64,000 nt of DNA from Perna viridis (GCA_037379345.1 CM074511.1:25217171-25281170), one strand, 5' to 3'; positions 1 to 14,643 are shown, counted from the first letter of the stretch. Translations and numbers: made by a program. The notes: a model not told the origin generated them from the sequence alone.

Positions 1-1453
1 GAAACAAAAAAAAAACAAAACAAAAAAACTCTAAGATATCAGTTTGAACTGCTTCTGAAAAATACAATAATGAAAATGGCTTTATATTTTCCTCATACAG
101 AGCATTTTTTTTTTAGATATTTTATATTTTTGACTCTATGATCTGAGATCAATCGTGTGTTGACCTTTTTTATCATTTTGTCTTTATTATTCCCCTTAAC
201 TTTTCTTTTCCTCCAGTAAAATGTTCCAAAGCTTTGTTAGTTATAGATGATAATTCGTGGCATTCTGAAATATCTCAGTTTCTCTCTAGAATGACAAATG
301 ACAAGAACTTCCGTTCTTGTAAAAACAATTTAAAAAAAAACAGCGTTGGGTCCAGAAATTCCGACAGGATTTTTGGTTTTTTTTTTTGGGGTGGGGGTGA
401 TGACTAGGAAATGGTCCAGTGATTTCCAGTTTTTTAAACATAATAAACCAACGTTTGACCCTTTTAGTTCCATCTGTGAAAATAGAACAACATCAACGAT
501 AATGCAGGAATTGTCGCTGTTGCGTGATACAATTAACGACCGCTTTGACCACGTGTCACGTAATTTCCATAAAAGCTTCTACATAATTCACTGGTTTTAC
601 AGAGCTTATTTTATGCACGATGTTCTGTGTCTTTTAAATAAAAAAAAATGATTCCTTTTTATATCTTTTTACATCATAAACAACATAAATTTTGATTAAG
701 AAATATATAGGAAAATTGATTAAACCTTGTGTTCATCTGTTTTACATTTTTCGAATAAAACGTTTCAGAACATTCAACCATTGTTAAACTTGGCGTTTTT
801 CCAAATTATGGTTTTCATAAGGTAATTTCAACTTGATATTTAGAATTCCAGACATCATTAGAAACAGCTGTATAGCAATATTAAAAGAAACAAAACACTT
901 ACTGTTTACATCAAAATAAGATTGAGACCGCTCAATCCTAGTTTTTGGACAACAAATTTGTTTATATTATTTTCAAACTTCTTCAATATTTTCATCGAAA
1001 TATTAATTATAAACCAAAAAAACAACGTGAGAACAACAAAACCACAGAAATGTTAGTAGAATTTTGACTTCGCACGGGGATGTTAATTGTGCGTGCATGC
1101 TAATAGCACGTGCAGATGCTTAATTATCTTTAACTGGTTCCGGAAGTTCTGATTAAAGCCGTAAGAGCTCATCTTTGTAATGTCAAAATCATATTTATCT
1201 TTTGCACATGGGAAGCACTTAAGTCGGAAATTAGTTTTGAAGGATCAAGGCGTTTCTAATCATGTTTTCAGATGCTTCTTCTTAACTTTTTTTGTCTTCC
1301 ATCAAATTCTTCACATTCACTGTTATTATCTCTGCTGTCAGTATCAAAGTATGTTTCTGTGATTTGTGGTAGAACTAGTTATTCTTATGAATGAAACACA
1401 TTCATGACGAGAAAATTCCGATTTTGAATGAAGCGTGTAATCAAAATCTACAT

Positions 1454-1920
1454 CTTATTTGTTTATTCTTGGTGGAACAGTCAGGTTATTTGTTTATTCT
1501 TGGTGGAACAGTCAGGTTGTTTGTGTATCCTTGGTGGAACAGTCAGGTTGTGTGTATTCTTGGTGGAACAGTCAGGTTGTTTGTGTATCCTTGGTGGAAC
1601 AGTCAGGTTGTGTGTATTCTTGGTGGAACTGTCAGGTTGTTTGTTTATTCTTGGTGGAACAGTCAGGTTGTTTGTGTATCCTTGGTGGAACAGTCAGGTT
1701 GTGTGTATTCTTGGTGGAACAGTCAGGTTGTTTGTTTATTCTTGATGGAACAGTCAGGTTATTTGTTTATTCTTGGTGGAACAGTCAGGTTGTTTGTGTA
1801 TTCTTGGTGGAACAGTCAGGTTGTTTTTATTCTTGGTGGAACAGTCAGGTTGTTTGTGTATTTTTGGTGGAACAGTCAGGTTATTTGTTTATTCTTGGTG
1901 GAACAGTCAGGTTGTTTGTT
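1454..1920. repeat. Minisatellite, about 15 units of 29-31 bp
   Basis: Tandem ttgtttattcttggtggaacagtcaggtt(at/gt). Confidence 0.97.
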
Positions 1921-2914
1921 CCAAAACAACGTTTTGTTGTCTAAAATACAGGATTATTTATACAATGAAGCAGAAAGCTGGCTCATTTAACATCCCAGTA
2001 TCTTTGTTATCAAGGCGACAATAAATCTTTATTATACCAGTAACATTCCTGATTTTGGGATGTTTTGTTTTTTTCCAACCATGATGAAAAAGTGTGATCA
2101 ATTTCATTTATGAAGAATAACATTAACGATACTGAACGTACTTTACAATATGTTCATGACATGCACATACCATCTTCTGACCGATAAAACAAATATATAG
2201 AGACACTCGAATTGTTATTGACGAGGACCTTACAGAAGAGACAGAAGATCCTCGGGAATTTGGCTCTCGTCCGAATATATTGTTTGTCTTGGCAAGTCAC
2301 AAAACAGAATAATTAAACCATTTCGATAAAATTAAGCTCTTCCCATATCAACTGTGTCATCGTCTCTTCTCCAATACTTCTTTGTACCGGTCTGTATTTG
2401 TGAGTTCTTTTGCGTGGAGTCATTATTCTACAAAATGAATATAAATCTAGCAAACAATATTTCGAGACTCATACTCAACATTTGTTACCTGAAAACCTGT
2501 AGGTAACCCTGGTATCGGTATTCTTGAACTTTTTGGTTAATTCGTTACAAAACTAATGTCATAAATTTGAAATAAACAAAAATAAAACCAAATTCATGTT
2601 CATTTTGTTTTATCTTCGTAAATGATTTATTGTTATTTCATTGCGCATTTAATGTTTACATCGTATGTAATGGCAGATACACATGACGGCACTTGAATAC
2701 ACATGGCCAATCCTTAAAACACCGTCATGCATTTTGTGGTCAGATTTACATCAAAATTGTACCACAAGGAATGTCAGCGGGTTAATAAATTCTGAAATTG
2801 TTGGTAAACAAAGTTTTTGTCATGTTTTTTTTCTTCTTTTATTCATACGAGAATATGGATGACATGCATGTGAGGGTGATTTAATTGATGTTAATATATG
2901 GTGAAAAGAAATGT

Positions 2915-4300
2915 ACAGTCCCACTTTTTATAAGTACAAAAATATAAAAACTTACTCACACTTCCATGGTTATTTGGGACTGTAATGTAAAGAATGAAAG
3001 TATGGCGTATGTGTGTGTGGGGGGGGGGGACATTTACTTAAATGTAAAAAATTATTACCTGCATTTCAATGGTAAACTGTTAATTTCGGGCTGGTATGTA
3101 GAGAACAAAAAAAAACCGATAAGAGTTGGTTTGTAATTTATCAAAATTACTTGCTTTGATAAAAGTACAACATGGACAGTGAAACCTGCCTAAAACAAAC
3201 CTCTCAGGGACTTTTGAATGTGTTCGGTTAAGGGAGGTGTTCGCTCTATACAGATCCAAAAATCATTGAAATTGATATGAAGAGACTTCAAAAGAAATGT
3301 GGTTTGGACAGGTCATCGGTTTATTCAGGGTTCGGTTTAGACAGGTTTCACTGTATAATAAGATGTTTCATACTTCTTTCTGTAAGTGTCAGTCCCTGTA
3401 AGAATCGGGCAGTAGATGAAAGATATAAAAAAAACACTACTTTAATAGTGTTATTTGACTATTTGCACCATCAGAATCAAGAAAAACAGACAAGATTTTC
3501 CATATTATGCTGAACAATTGAGTTGCAATTTCATTGAAATGCACTGAAAATGAACATTTCAAGGTCCAATAACTCTGTCAAAAACCTCATTTTTTTAAAG
3601 ATTCTGTTGAAAAATTTCTGAGCAAATCCCATGATGCAGAGATCAATAATGGTCTTTTCAAATATAGAACGTATCCTTGAGTGATATTTTATTGTCAGGT
3701 ATGTGTGGTTTTGACATGCATGTTTCTGATTTTTCCAATGTTGCCTGATTCTTACAAAATACTTACTGTTCTTAAGTACTAAAATAAAAAAATACTATTA
3801 CCTGCACTTCCACGGGCACTATTAGGGTTGGTATAGGTGCAATGTGCACCGACTGTAGGAATTAAAGTGGGCTTGTGATTTATGAAAATGTTTTATCATT
3901 TAATTAAGTACATATATAACAGTACGTGTTCCACTTCTTTAAGTGCAAAAAATGTATGAAAATATTACTAATAAGTAAAAAAAAGTCTTGATACCCACAC
4001 TTCCGTGGTTTACTGTTAATTTAGGACTGTTATGTAAAAAAAAAGGATTGCTAGGATGTGTGTACGAAAGTGGGCTTGTGATTTATCAATACTACTCTAG
4101 TTTTTTTTTTTCTGTAATATATATATTTACAATATTTATATAATAAAAAATAATCTCACGTCTTCAAGAACAAAAATATGAAAAATATTTATTAAAATGT
4201 AAAAAAAATTATAACCTACACTTCCATGGTTTACTGTTACTTTGGTAACGGTAGCAGGAAAGTGCATAGGCTTGTTATTCATCAAAGAATTTACTTTAAG
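2915..4300. repeat. Degenerate dispersed/tandem repeat, 5 units
   Basis: Core cacttccatggtttactgttaattt.gg.ctg recurs at about 2958, 3060, 3805, 3997 and 4218. Confidence 0.7.
3177..3353. mobile_element. Tc1/mariner-type MITE
   Basis: cagtgaaacctgcctaa ... ttagacaggtttcactg|ta; related fragments at 6350-6483 and 17290-17450. Confidence 0.75.
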
Positions 4301-4593
4301 TACATGTGAAGGCTAGGTAGTCACACATTCTCTTTTCCTCATTAATATTTATAGCGTTCGGAAACATTGAAAAACTATTGGGTACATCCGAATAAAAGTT
4401 CGAATATCAAAATAATATTAAACGTGTCTAACAAGTGTCCAATATAATGATTATTTTATATAATACTGCAGTATCCTGTTCGCAATTTTAACAATGTAAC
4501 TTACGTATAAATTATAGGTTAAGAAGATGACGCTTTTGGCAGCGTAAAAGCTTGACAAAAGATTGTGCGTCCGAAGCAAAGAACCAAAAGAAC

Positions 4594-4594
<1 letters not shown>

Positions 4595-4636
<42 letters not shown>
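4595..4636. repeat. (AAT)n microsatellite
   Basis: About 14 perfect units. Confidence 0.97.
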
Positions 4637-4638
<2 letters not shown>

Positions 4639-7600
4639 CCACCAATATGAATGTCTTGATATTGCCACATTTTCTCTCTCCAAGAAAACTTCATTATCAG
4701 ATGATTGTTATTACTATCAAATACCTTCTCTAAGGAAGCTTTAAATAACAGACCTCTCGCGCAGCTCTGGTTTTATCTGGTATATCCAGTGTCCAAAGTT
4801 AGCTTTTTTTCTTTTCCCCTTGTATCTGGCGCTCAGGTAAAATATATACAATGTATTACTCTGAGGGTTTAAGTACACATTTTTAGAAACTATGCAGACT
4901 GTTGTAATTTCTAAGAAAACGTTGTTTTGTGTTCTATTTCTTCAATGCAAGATAACTGCTCTAATGAAAGAAAACTCATGTAAATGGGAATCAACTATGT
5001 TTCCCACAAATAAGTTTGTGAAAACTACAAAAGTGTTTTCAATTTATTTTCAAGAAAAGTTGAATTTAATTGACTGATCGAGTTCAGAGGTGTTTGGGTT
5101 ATTTGTTAATACTCCCAAAACAGTCATAATCTTCAAATTCGGTAATAAATGCATTCTTTTAATGTGCGATTTGCATGAAAAATAATGATGGGATAATAAT
5201 CTAGATTATCACCTTTCCTCAACTTTCACAGCTATTTAACAAAATGGTCAAGGCCATGTACTTTTTCGATCTTGGGTACCCACCTCTTCTTGATTAGAAT
5301 AACGGTTTCCGATGACACACAATGTCACGCCGTACGCGTATGGTTCCTTTTTTCGCACATTCGCTCACACCAATGCTTGTTATTTTTTACACATTTTTTT
5401 TTTGCAATTGTCATTTTTACACGGTTTCACCCGATTTCTTCATGCTAATGGCAAATGTGTCACGATTTTGTACTAAATTAGTACACAACAAGTACTCAAG
5501 TACTCATTTTCCTTACTTAATTGCAGAGCTGCGTAGTGGGAGGCGACGTGAAATAGGTGGAGCAGGGTGGTTGGGTGAGCCTAAAGTCTTGCCGATCATC
5601 GCAAAAGGAGTTTCAAATGTACTTAAATGTGTGCCTTTTTTAAAAATTACAAAAACAAACTGTGTTTACTAAATATATTTTGCGTGGCTGTAGGCCTATT
5701 GGGTCATGAAGCATACGCGTCGCCAACATAAATTTTAATAAGACTCATGTAATAGTGTGGTTTTTTGCTTCATTCGTTCTTTATATGAATACCAAATAAA
5801 GAAAATATATATTGTGGTTTCTGTGGGTGAGGGTTCGTTCCATTCTAATTAGTTTGTGGTTTGTATACGTGGAAAACCCAAACCCTTCCAGCAAAAATTA
5901 AATGTAGATTTAAAAGCAATTGATTTCTGATATTTCACCCATATTTGGCAAATGATTATTTCATACTTGGAAAAAAGGAACATAAGTAAGGTTTGCCTGA
6001 GTGAACAACTCTCTTTCACAAGTGTATATTGTTTCTGATTATAAAACAATACGTTTATTTGGGCGCATTATTTGGGATTGACTGTCACACACGCACGTTA
6101 GCCGCGTTACAAACGTGTTTCTGTATTACCCTTCACCATTTACTCAGTAGTTGAACGGGGAAATACCTTTGTGGGTGTTATATGTACAGTTTTATTTATA
6201 GATAAAGCAGAATTTCGGGTATCTAAGTAATAGTGAATTGTTGTCAGATCAGATTAAGTCCTAAGTCATCGTAAATGATACAGCGGGGTGACATATGGAT
6301 TTTCTCGTGTTTCGCTTTCTGAAGGTCATACATGCATGATGATACATGTTTGGTTTAGTAAGGTGTCCGGTTTTTACAGTTTAAAATTCCATTGAAACTT
6401 ATATGAAGGGATTTCAAAAGGATTTTTGTTTAGACAGGTTTCGGATTTAGTCCTGTTCGGTTTAATATATAGATTTTACTGTAGACTGATATTCTATTTC
6501 GATTTTTTTTTCATACAGAAGAAGCCAGATTACATTTACGTTGAAATATTTAAGTTTCATTTAAGTAATTCATCTCCCTTTTTATCAACGAATGACAAAT
6601 TTTGTGAGATTAGGACAAAGTCCCAGTCTATTTTTAGCAGATTATCATGGGTGTACTAGACAAATGCAAACGGTATCTATAATTGGTGTTATGTTCGTGT
6701 TCTGTCTTACTTCCATTTATCTTCATGTTTTGGTAAAAAGAATCAGGAATTTTTTTACTGGAACAATTTTAGAATTTTAGTAAACAATGACTACATAAAT
6801 TCTTAGACTACATGATATTTCGTATTTAAATGTGCAATTCATTGCCAAAAGCCTGGGTTTGATTCTTTACAATATTTGCTCACAATAGTAATCAGTTATC
6901 TGTAATAAGTATTCGGAAATAATTTAATCTCAGAAGTAACACGCTGAGCGAATAAAAAAAATCATCATCTCATACATAGAACAAATTTTATAATATAACT
7001 ATGATGTCACCAATCTTTGTAAATTATTTTACTCGTCGAATTTTGATACTTGAATTAAATTAAGGAATGACAATTATATTTTTCGGTCTATTTGAAATAA
7101 GCTTAATGCCTGTGCCGCACATTTAAAAATAAGCTGCTACGTAGGTTATTTAGAGTGCACCACGTGAATGATGTTATTTCTTCATAGACTTATATAACAG
7201 TCATTCGTTAATCAAAAAGCAACATAGGCTATGCCATATGTGTTCTTTGACAAACTTTCGTAACGCTACGGTGATTGCTGGGCTGAAATTGTTGCTCTAC
7301 CAGACACACCATAAGAAACTAATAAGTACAGTTGGTTTGATTTCTCAATTAAAACTGTTTTGAATATATTCTCAAATGAATATTTGTTTTATTTGTTTTC
7401 TGTCAATTAAAATTAGTTTAAGCCAAACTTTATTTCAATACTCAAAAAAAATCATTCATATGACAATTCATTGTATTTGACGCCATTTCATAACATGGGA
7501 GACATGCTATTAAACTGATAGCACTTTTGTCGTTAAGCAACTCTTGGTCAAATATATTTACATCCGTATGTTTGATATGGGGGAGCACTCACCAACGTCA

Positions 7601-8604
7601 TGATACACGGTGGTAAGAATAGAAAACTAACAGTCTGTGTTGATTGCTAAATACAAAATGTATATAATTACGTAGTGGAAGCGATTCTTAGTTGTTTACT
7701 AGTTCAAATGCTAATTGCAGTAAATTGTATTGTAAAATTTTCCTATGAATTAAAGCTATATGTTTTCCCTAGATATTGGAGTTTTCGATAGCTGATCTAA
7801 ACGTGGTTTCTCTTTTTTCCTTTGACTTATCTCAAATAGAAAAAATAGTTATTCAAGCGTCTTATGTAGGTGTTGTCTATTAGTTTGTTTGACGTACATT
7901 GGCTAATTATCAATTTTTTCTAGAATTTATGCCAATTAATTAATTGCTCTTTAGTATTCCCACGGTTCTCAGTTTAGAACACGAATGATCTTTGCAGATG
8001 TGCGAAGGTAGCTGATTTAAGAAATAATTGTTGGTCTCAATAGGAAAAGATACGTCAATGTTCAAACCTACATATTCACACGTACACACTAACACACACA
8101 AACCGCACTTTATAATTTCACCAGGAGAGCGTTTTTAATGATTTTCCTGAAAATTAACAATTATCGCTTCTAATTCAAACAATATTATCAGTTATGATAC
8201 AATAGATTTGTTAGAGTGTTTATATATGATACACCTACTATTATTTTTATGACGAATTTCGCCTTCATCATGAAACACCATTATTATATTACATTCATTC
8301 ATAAAAGAAGAAACACATCTATCCAAATGACCCTTGTTCAGTCCGTACGTGACAATGATATGACCGTACTTGCATATTAATTTCGGTGAAAGGAGAACAG
8401 TCACTGCAAAGAAGTCAAATGAAATTGAGAATTGGGTCACAAGAAAATACCACAAATTAGTAGTTAAAGGCAATTTTACGAAACAGTATTAATGGTTTTT
8501 TGTGTTTTTTAAGTAACATAGTAAAACTTACATAGTTTTGAAGCGCTGAAAACACCTCTAGTAATTAAGAGCTATTCCTTGCAAGAAACAGGCAGATAAT
8601 GCTA

Positions 8605-8637
8605 AACACACACACCCACACACACATACACAAACAT

Positions 8638-8672
<35 letters not shown>
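8605..8672. repeat. (CA)n microsatellite
   Basis: Imperfect CA run followed by a perfect one. Confidence 0.95.
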
Positions 8673-8674
<2 letters not shown>

Positions 8675-11559
8675 CATACGAGTCTTTCCATTATCCAAAA
8701 TTTTATCAGAAATGCACAAATGGCATTTTCTTTTTTTTTTATAGTGTCAAGTAATTCGAGGTATAAATTATATAAAATGCATTGCTTGCTTGCTTGATTG
8801 TCTTTTATTTTTGCATTGACATGAAGTGCATACTAATGGAGATAAATCACTGTAATATTCCTCTATCATTCTGTTGTGACTTTGAATTCTCTTTTCGGCA
8901 TTCTCTAGCAGTTGTTATTAGGTAGCGGTCTTTACATGTATAAAAATCAGACAGGAGGTAATTCATGCATGTCAAAAACCCACCGAATTCACTTTTATTT
9001 TTTTATTCAGAATCAGTTACAGACTACATAACCAGTCGAAATTTTTCAATTGGGTTTTGCACTTTTGAGATAAAATTTATAGATTGTACATGAAATTAGC
9101 ACTTTGCAAGAGTTATCGTTCTTGATTTTGTTCGATTTGGTTGATTTTAGTGGGAGATAAATATATGACTTTCTAAAAAATACAGATCTGAATATGGAAA
9201 GGACATCTGTTACGTAAAATATAGCATATGTAGATTGAAAAGGCATTTTTTGTTCTTCAAGAGAAAGTTATTTTTTTCTTCACTATGAATCGCTTTAATA
9301 AGGGCAGTGTCTGAATTTTATACGGACTGGTACTTAAGACAAAGACCTGTCAATTCGTTTCCAATATACCATAAAAACTATGTGCCCACATTGTCAAAAT
9401 TGTGAAGATATTTTTTTTGTGTGCATGGTGCATTACTTTTATCAAATTAGATGGAAGATCAGAATTGATATAGCAGTCGCCAGAGCCTTTAAATGTTTAA
9501 AGCCTGATAGCATCTGCAATTATCTTACATAACATAACAATAAGCTTGTGATGAGATACGTTTGAATTCGATCCCCGTACTTTCCTTTTATTCCGTATTT
9601 TTGTACTTTGACGATAAAAAATTCAAACGATCAATATAAATTGATTCAGTATATGTGTACTTTGATTTTTCAATTTTGCCTGACTCTTACTGATTCCAGC
9701 ACTTAAGATGCCACGTGCCACGTATTGTCTAAGAAAGTAGTCATACTTCATCTTATTGTATTCCTGGCTGTCAAGATAAGATTGCATGACAATGATTTAA
9801 TAACATTTTTTTCTCATTTTCCTAAACAAAAATTTTGATTAAAAAATGATAATGACCCTTTTCCGTTAACTTTTCCCTTCCATTTCATTTTTACATAAAT
9901 AGACAGCCATGGAAAAATGAGATAACACATCTTATTTTCTCGGTCAGATTAAAAGATTTCATGGAACTAAATGGTTTACTATATAATGATATTATCAAGT
10001 TTTTTTTAAGATCCTGGTCTTGTTCCATATTTTCCAAAACCATACATGATGCACAACATAACAAAAGCAGTACAAAGCAAGTAACTTTTCCTCACCGTGT
10101 ACAATTGGCCCATTTAATTTTCACCTTTGACCCATAATCCTTATTTTTTTTCGGAGTAAGTACATATATACCAAGTTAGGAAAACAATCATAAAGGGTGT
10201 TGCTACGGGATTTAAAAAAATATATACGTGTATCCGTGACCATTACCTCTGAACAATAACTTTGAATGTCGATATATTTCTACTCTTGATTGCATTTGAT
10301 TCTAGGAATTAAGGAAATGACGGAAGGTTATGGGTTAGAAGATAGTTTAAAGTCATGTTTTTTTTTTATTTCCCATTTCTTGTCTTTAACTTGTCTTTGT
10401 TTTTTGTTGGTGCTGTTGTGGTTGTTGTTGCTTCTGTCGTTGTTGTAATGTAAGCGTCATTTCTAAATGGAAGGAAGCTAAATCTTGGAGGGAAATACTA
10501 GACAAAGACAAACCAAGCAGTGCGAACGTTATAAAAAATCTTGAGTGAGAATATTCACAAATAAAGTACTTTTATATCTAGTCAACATCAAGCTGACCAT
10601 CTATGTCGTATGTATTCTTCCGATATTGGTACATATAGATAAAAGAAGTATTTAAGTAGCAGTCGAGTAAGACTAGTTATGACCGTGAAGGTATATTTAG
10701 GGTATAAATTTACGGGTTTTTCAAAAGGCGATTCTTGACCTCATATTTCATTTGTAATTTGAGTCGTGCTTTGATCGAACAACAGAGAAAATCAGGTCTT
10801 CCATGGTATACGAACAAGGTTCTGTCAGTAGTCTTTGAATCAAGGAAAAAGTCCTACACACTGTAGTATAAAGTCCCCTTACGCTGTTTACACTGTAAAA
10901 CAGTGTTTCGGTTCTAAACACATGTCAAATCTAAACACCTTTTCTGTACATAAATTTTGAAACATTTAGGTCTAAATAGGTATTTAGAAAGTGTTCAGTC
11001 ACTAAACATGTTTAAAAATTTAGAGGTCCCTTTTTGTGTGTTCCTTCGTTTGTTTGAATGTTTTTTTTTTCATTTCTCTCATGTTTATTGAGTAGCATGT
11101 ACTTTCTTACAAACCTCTTCATTCCTTTCGATCAAATGTGTAAAAGATATCTCGGGACCATCTCGTGCAGGTCTTAGCCAAAAGTTTGTACAAAAAGAAA
11201 AATGTTGCCATTATTTATATTGTAGTATCACGGAATCAGGACAGGGGCCTGAATGAGATTATTCTAGAAAAATGTGTAGTTAGTGTCGTTATTTAAATAT
11301 TACCCAAATACCAACCAGCCAAAAACAAAAACAAAAACAAAAAAAACAATTTATATAACGCGGTTTTGAACTTATTTTAAATGTTTCTGGATGAACACAA
11401 GTCACAGATCAAATGCATATAAGCAATTAGCATAAATCATAATAACTACCGGATGTAAGGTAAATTACAGTATAGGACTAAGTATGATAATCATCGTCAA
11501 ATGTCAGATAGGTAGGGGACTAGAACACATTTAGAAAGGGGAGGGCATTAACCAATCTT

Positions 11560-11790
11560 AGATTCCCAGCTCAAGGTGATTAAATGGGTTAAAACTGCAT
11601 TTTGAATTTTGCTTAGAATATATAGACCTGTATTGTATAGTACTTGACAATTGTGGTTTTTCAATCGTTAATCTGTTCTCAAGTTATCATCTGGAAACCG
11701 TCCGGGGACGGATAGACAGACGGACGAACGGACACGCAACTTTTCTGAGAGTTTCACATAATACCTCGCCACTGTGCCGGGGTATAAAAA
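11560..11790 (+). mobile_element. Helentron-like (pearl/DINE-type) element end
   Basis: gacggatagacagacggacg microsatellite followed by hairpin atacctcg...cggggtat and aaaaa. Confidence 0.6.
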
Positions 11791-13208
11791 TAACTCATAA
11801 TTATGGAAAAGTTAGGTTTAAGAACAAATGGAACCAGGCGTGCATGATACCATGTTTCAAACTTATTAAGTTATTTGGCCATACATGTAGCCCGAATTCG
11901 TTACTGAATTACATCAGTATTTTTCAAGGTCACGGTATACAACTATTATTTTTATCTTATTTGCGGCTCTATAACCTTTTAAAAGTCAAATTCTGCATTA
12001 TACGCATGTATTTAGTCGTTTGCCCCCTAATAACTGATATAGGAAATTGACTTGGGGACAAAGCATTTGTAGTATTCAGTTATATTCAGTCGCTTGCGGC
12101 TAAAACAAAAGCAGATATTCAAGAGAAATGGGTCACAGACCAAGCGAAGAAAACGGAAACCACTCGGAAAATTCTCGGCTGGCTTGAATCTTTTTATAGA
12201 GAGCAGTGGAATTAGTCGAGATTAGCCGAAAGAGAAATAAGGCTACACACTGGAACCAAAATAAAAACAGTAAAACATACCGGAAGTTTTGCAATCTTTT
12301 CATTTGTTTGCAATCCCGGGCTACGCTTATAGTATACTTCTCTTTGTGCATCAAGTTAAAAAAAATACTTAAGGCCTAGAATAGACCACAATGTCGCCAA
12401 ACATTGACGTTGAGAGTAATTAACGTAATAGATGAAATATGCATATTTTCTTGAAGTAAAACCGTGTTCATTCATGTATTCATATGTATATCCCGAGGCC
12501 AGGAAATGTCGCATTTAGTAAACACGCCTACAAAACATCTAGGTTAACATACGCTGTGTTATCTTTACTGTAACTCGAACCGTGAAATAAGCACATGTCC
12601 TAAGATCTTAAAATAAATTGCCTGTGGCACTTGTCATTCGGTTTTAAAACAATCGACCACAGTTACGCAAGTTATTCCATATTGTTTCAATAACTGTCTT
12701 ATTGCATTAGTCATAGCAGTAAAATTCAATTCACAGATTCAAAAAATTGACAGTCTGAAATGTCACACATCCTCATTCAGCGTTATTATTGTCTATTGAA
12801 TATTTTGTTGTCAATCTAGGACAGACTTCCTGTTTACATAACTGACTTTAAAGGTATATTTTATTATTAATTTATTCTGTAGACACAACGAGTAAATGTA
12901 TGGCCATTTCAGAAGTGATTGACCGGGCAAAGATCAGAATTATTCAAGGTGAAATTTGGGAGTCACCGTTAGCATTGTATTCAATACCAAATGAGAAAAA
13001 TAATATTAACATAAACTGGTTCAGAAAATGATTTGCAAACACGTGTTCTTATAACTTAACTAACAAAATAATGAATACTGAATGCTTTCGTTACCATGGT
13101 CAAGACTGACGTATACAAAATTGGTAGATTATCATTCATGGCGAACTTAAATTATTTTCATTGGGTATTATGAATACATGATCATGAAGTACAAAAAGTA
13201 CACGAAAT

Positions 13209-14248
13209 CATGGCAAGCCAAAGTGGACAAAATCAATATTTTGTAATATCAGAAAATGAATTTTTAACATTACAAAATCATTTTTTTAACATTAGAAAAG
13301 ATTTTTTAATATTAGAAATTCATTTTGTAATATTAAAAATTCATTTTCTAATATAACAAATTTCTGATTTAGTAATATTATAAAATATCACACATTTTGT
13401 AATATTACAAATTGAATTTGTAATATTAGACAATGAATTTGTTATATTGGAAAATGAATTTGTAATTTTAGAAAATCAGTCACATTTTCTTCATATTACA
13501 AAATGATTTTCTTATATTAAAAAATCGCAAAAAGAATACGGCAAATCCATTTTCTAATATTAGAAAATCAAGTAATATTATTAAAAAATCGTTTTTTAAT
13601 ATTAGAAATTCAGTTTGTAATATTACAAAATGCGTGATATTTTATAATATTACTAAATCAGAAATTTGTAATATTAGAAAATGAATTTTTATTATTACAA
13701 AATGAATTTCTAATTTTTAATATTAAAAAGTGTTTTGGGATATTCAAAATCTAATTTGTAATATTAGAAAATGAATTTGTAATATTAAAAAATCATATTT
13801 TTAATATTAAAAAACACTTATTTTCTAATATTACAAATTCATTTTCTAATATTACAAATTCATTTTCTAATATTAAAAATTCATTTTCTAATATTACAAA
13901 GTTCTGATTTAGTAATATCATAAAATATCACACATTTTGTAATATTACAAATTGAATTTGTAATATTAGAAAATGAATTTGTAATATTGGAAAATCAGTC
14001 ACATTTTTAATATTACAAAGTAATTTTCTAATATTAAAAAATCGTCATTGAATACGACAAATCCATTTTCTAATATTAGAAAATCAATTTCTAATATTCA
14101 AAAATAGTCTTTTAATATTAAAAGAATTCAATTGAATTTTTAATATTAAAAAATGATTTTTTAATATTAAAAAAGTGTTTTGTGATATAATATTAGAAAA
14201 TGAATTTGTAATATTAAATATCATTTTTGTCCACTTTGGCTTGCCATA
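13209..14248. mobile_element. Non-autonomous IS3EU-like MITE filled with 21-bp repeats
   Basis: TIR (c/t)atggcaagccaaagtggacaaaa; 6-bp TSD cgaaat at 13203-13208 and 14249-14254; internal arrays of attttctaatattacaaattc in both orientations. Confidence 0.85.
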
Positions 14249-14643
14249 CGAAATCATGAAAATAACCACTATTCTTAATATAACAGACCATGTATTTGCA
14301 TATATCAAAGGCAGACTTTTGAGTACTAGTTATAACAATGACTGTGTCCTTTAAAATGGGTCAAGTAATTCGTATGAACATGCAGTTCGTGCATACGCAA
14401 AGACAAAATCAAATCTACTTACGGTGCATGGAATGATAATGTTCAGAAAAAGAGTTTGTTTTTCTATGATGAAAATTCAAATGACAATTCCTGATGACTT
14501 ATTAGAATTAGAATACAAGTAGATTTAAACATTCCAACAGACAATATACGTGTTTTATTCAATACAGATTTGACTCCCTAAGCCATTATAGGTGATTAAG
14601 AAAACTAACTCGATCCCCTGAATATCATCATTGGGTGCACTGT

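Noticed and set aside
1454-1920. CRISPR-like array of about 30-bp repeats
   Set aside because: Units are directly adjacent with no unique spacers, there are no cas genes, and the context is eukaryotic.
4451-4694. Poly-Leu and poly-Ile ORFs as standalone genes
   Set aside because: The homopolymers come from the (AAT)n microsatellite. Kept only as a low-confidence exon hypothesis.
5320-5730. ORF 5322-5672 and weak inverted repeat around acgcgtatg/catacgcgt
   Set aside because: No recognisable protein motif, and the IR is too short with no convincing TSD.
5800-13100. Assorted 60-95 aa ORFs
   Set aside because: They are F/I/L/K-rich translations typical of AT-rich non-coding DNA, with no motifs or consistent exon chain found.
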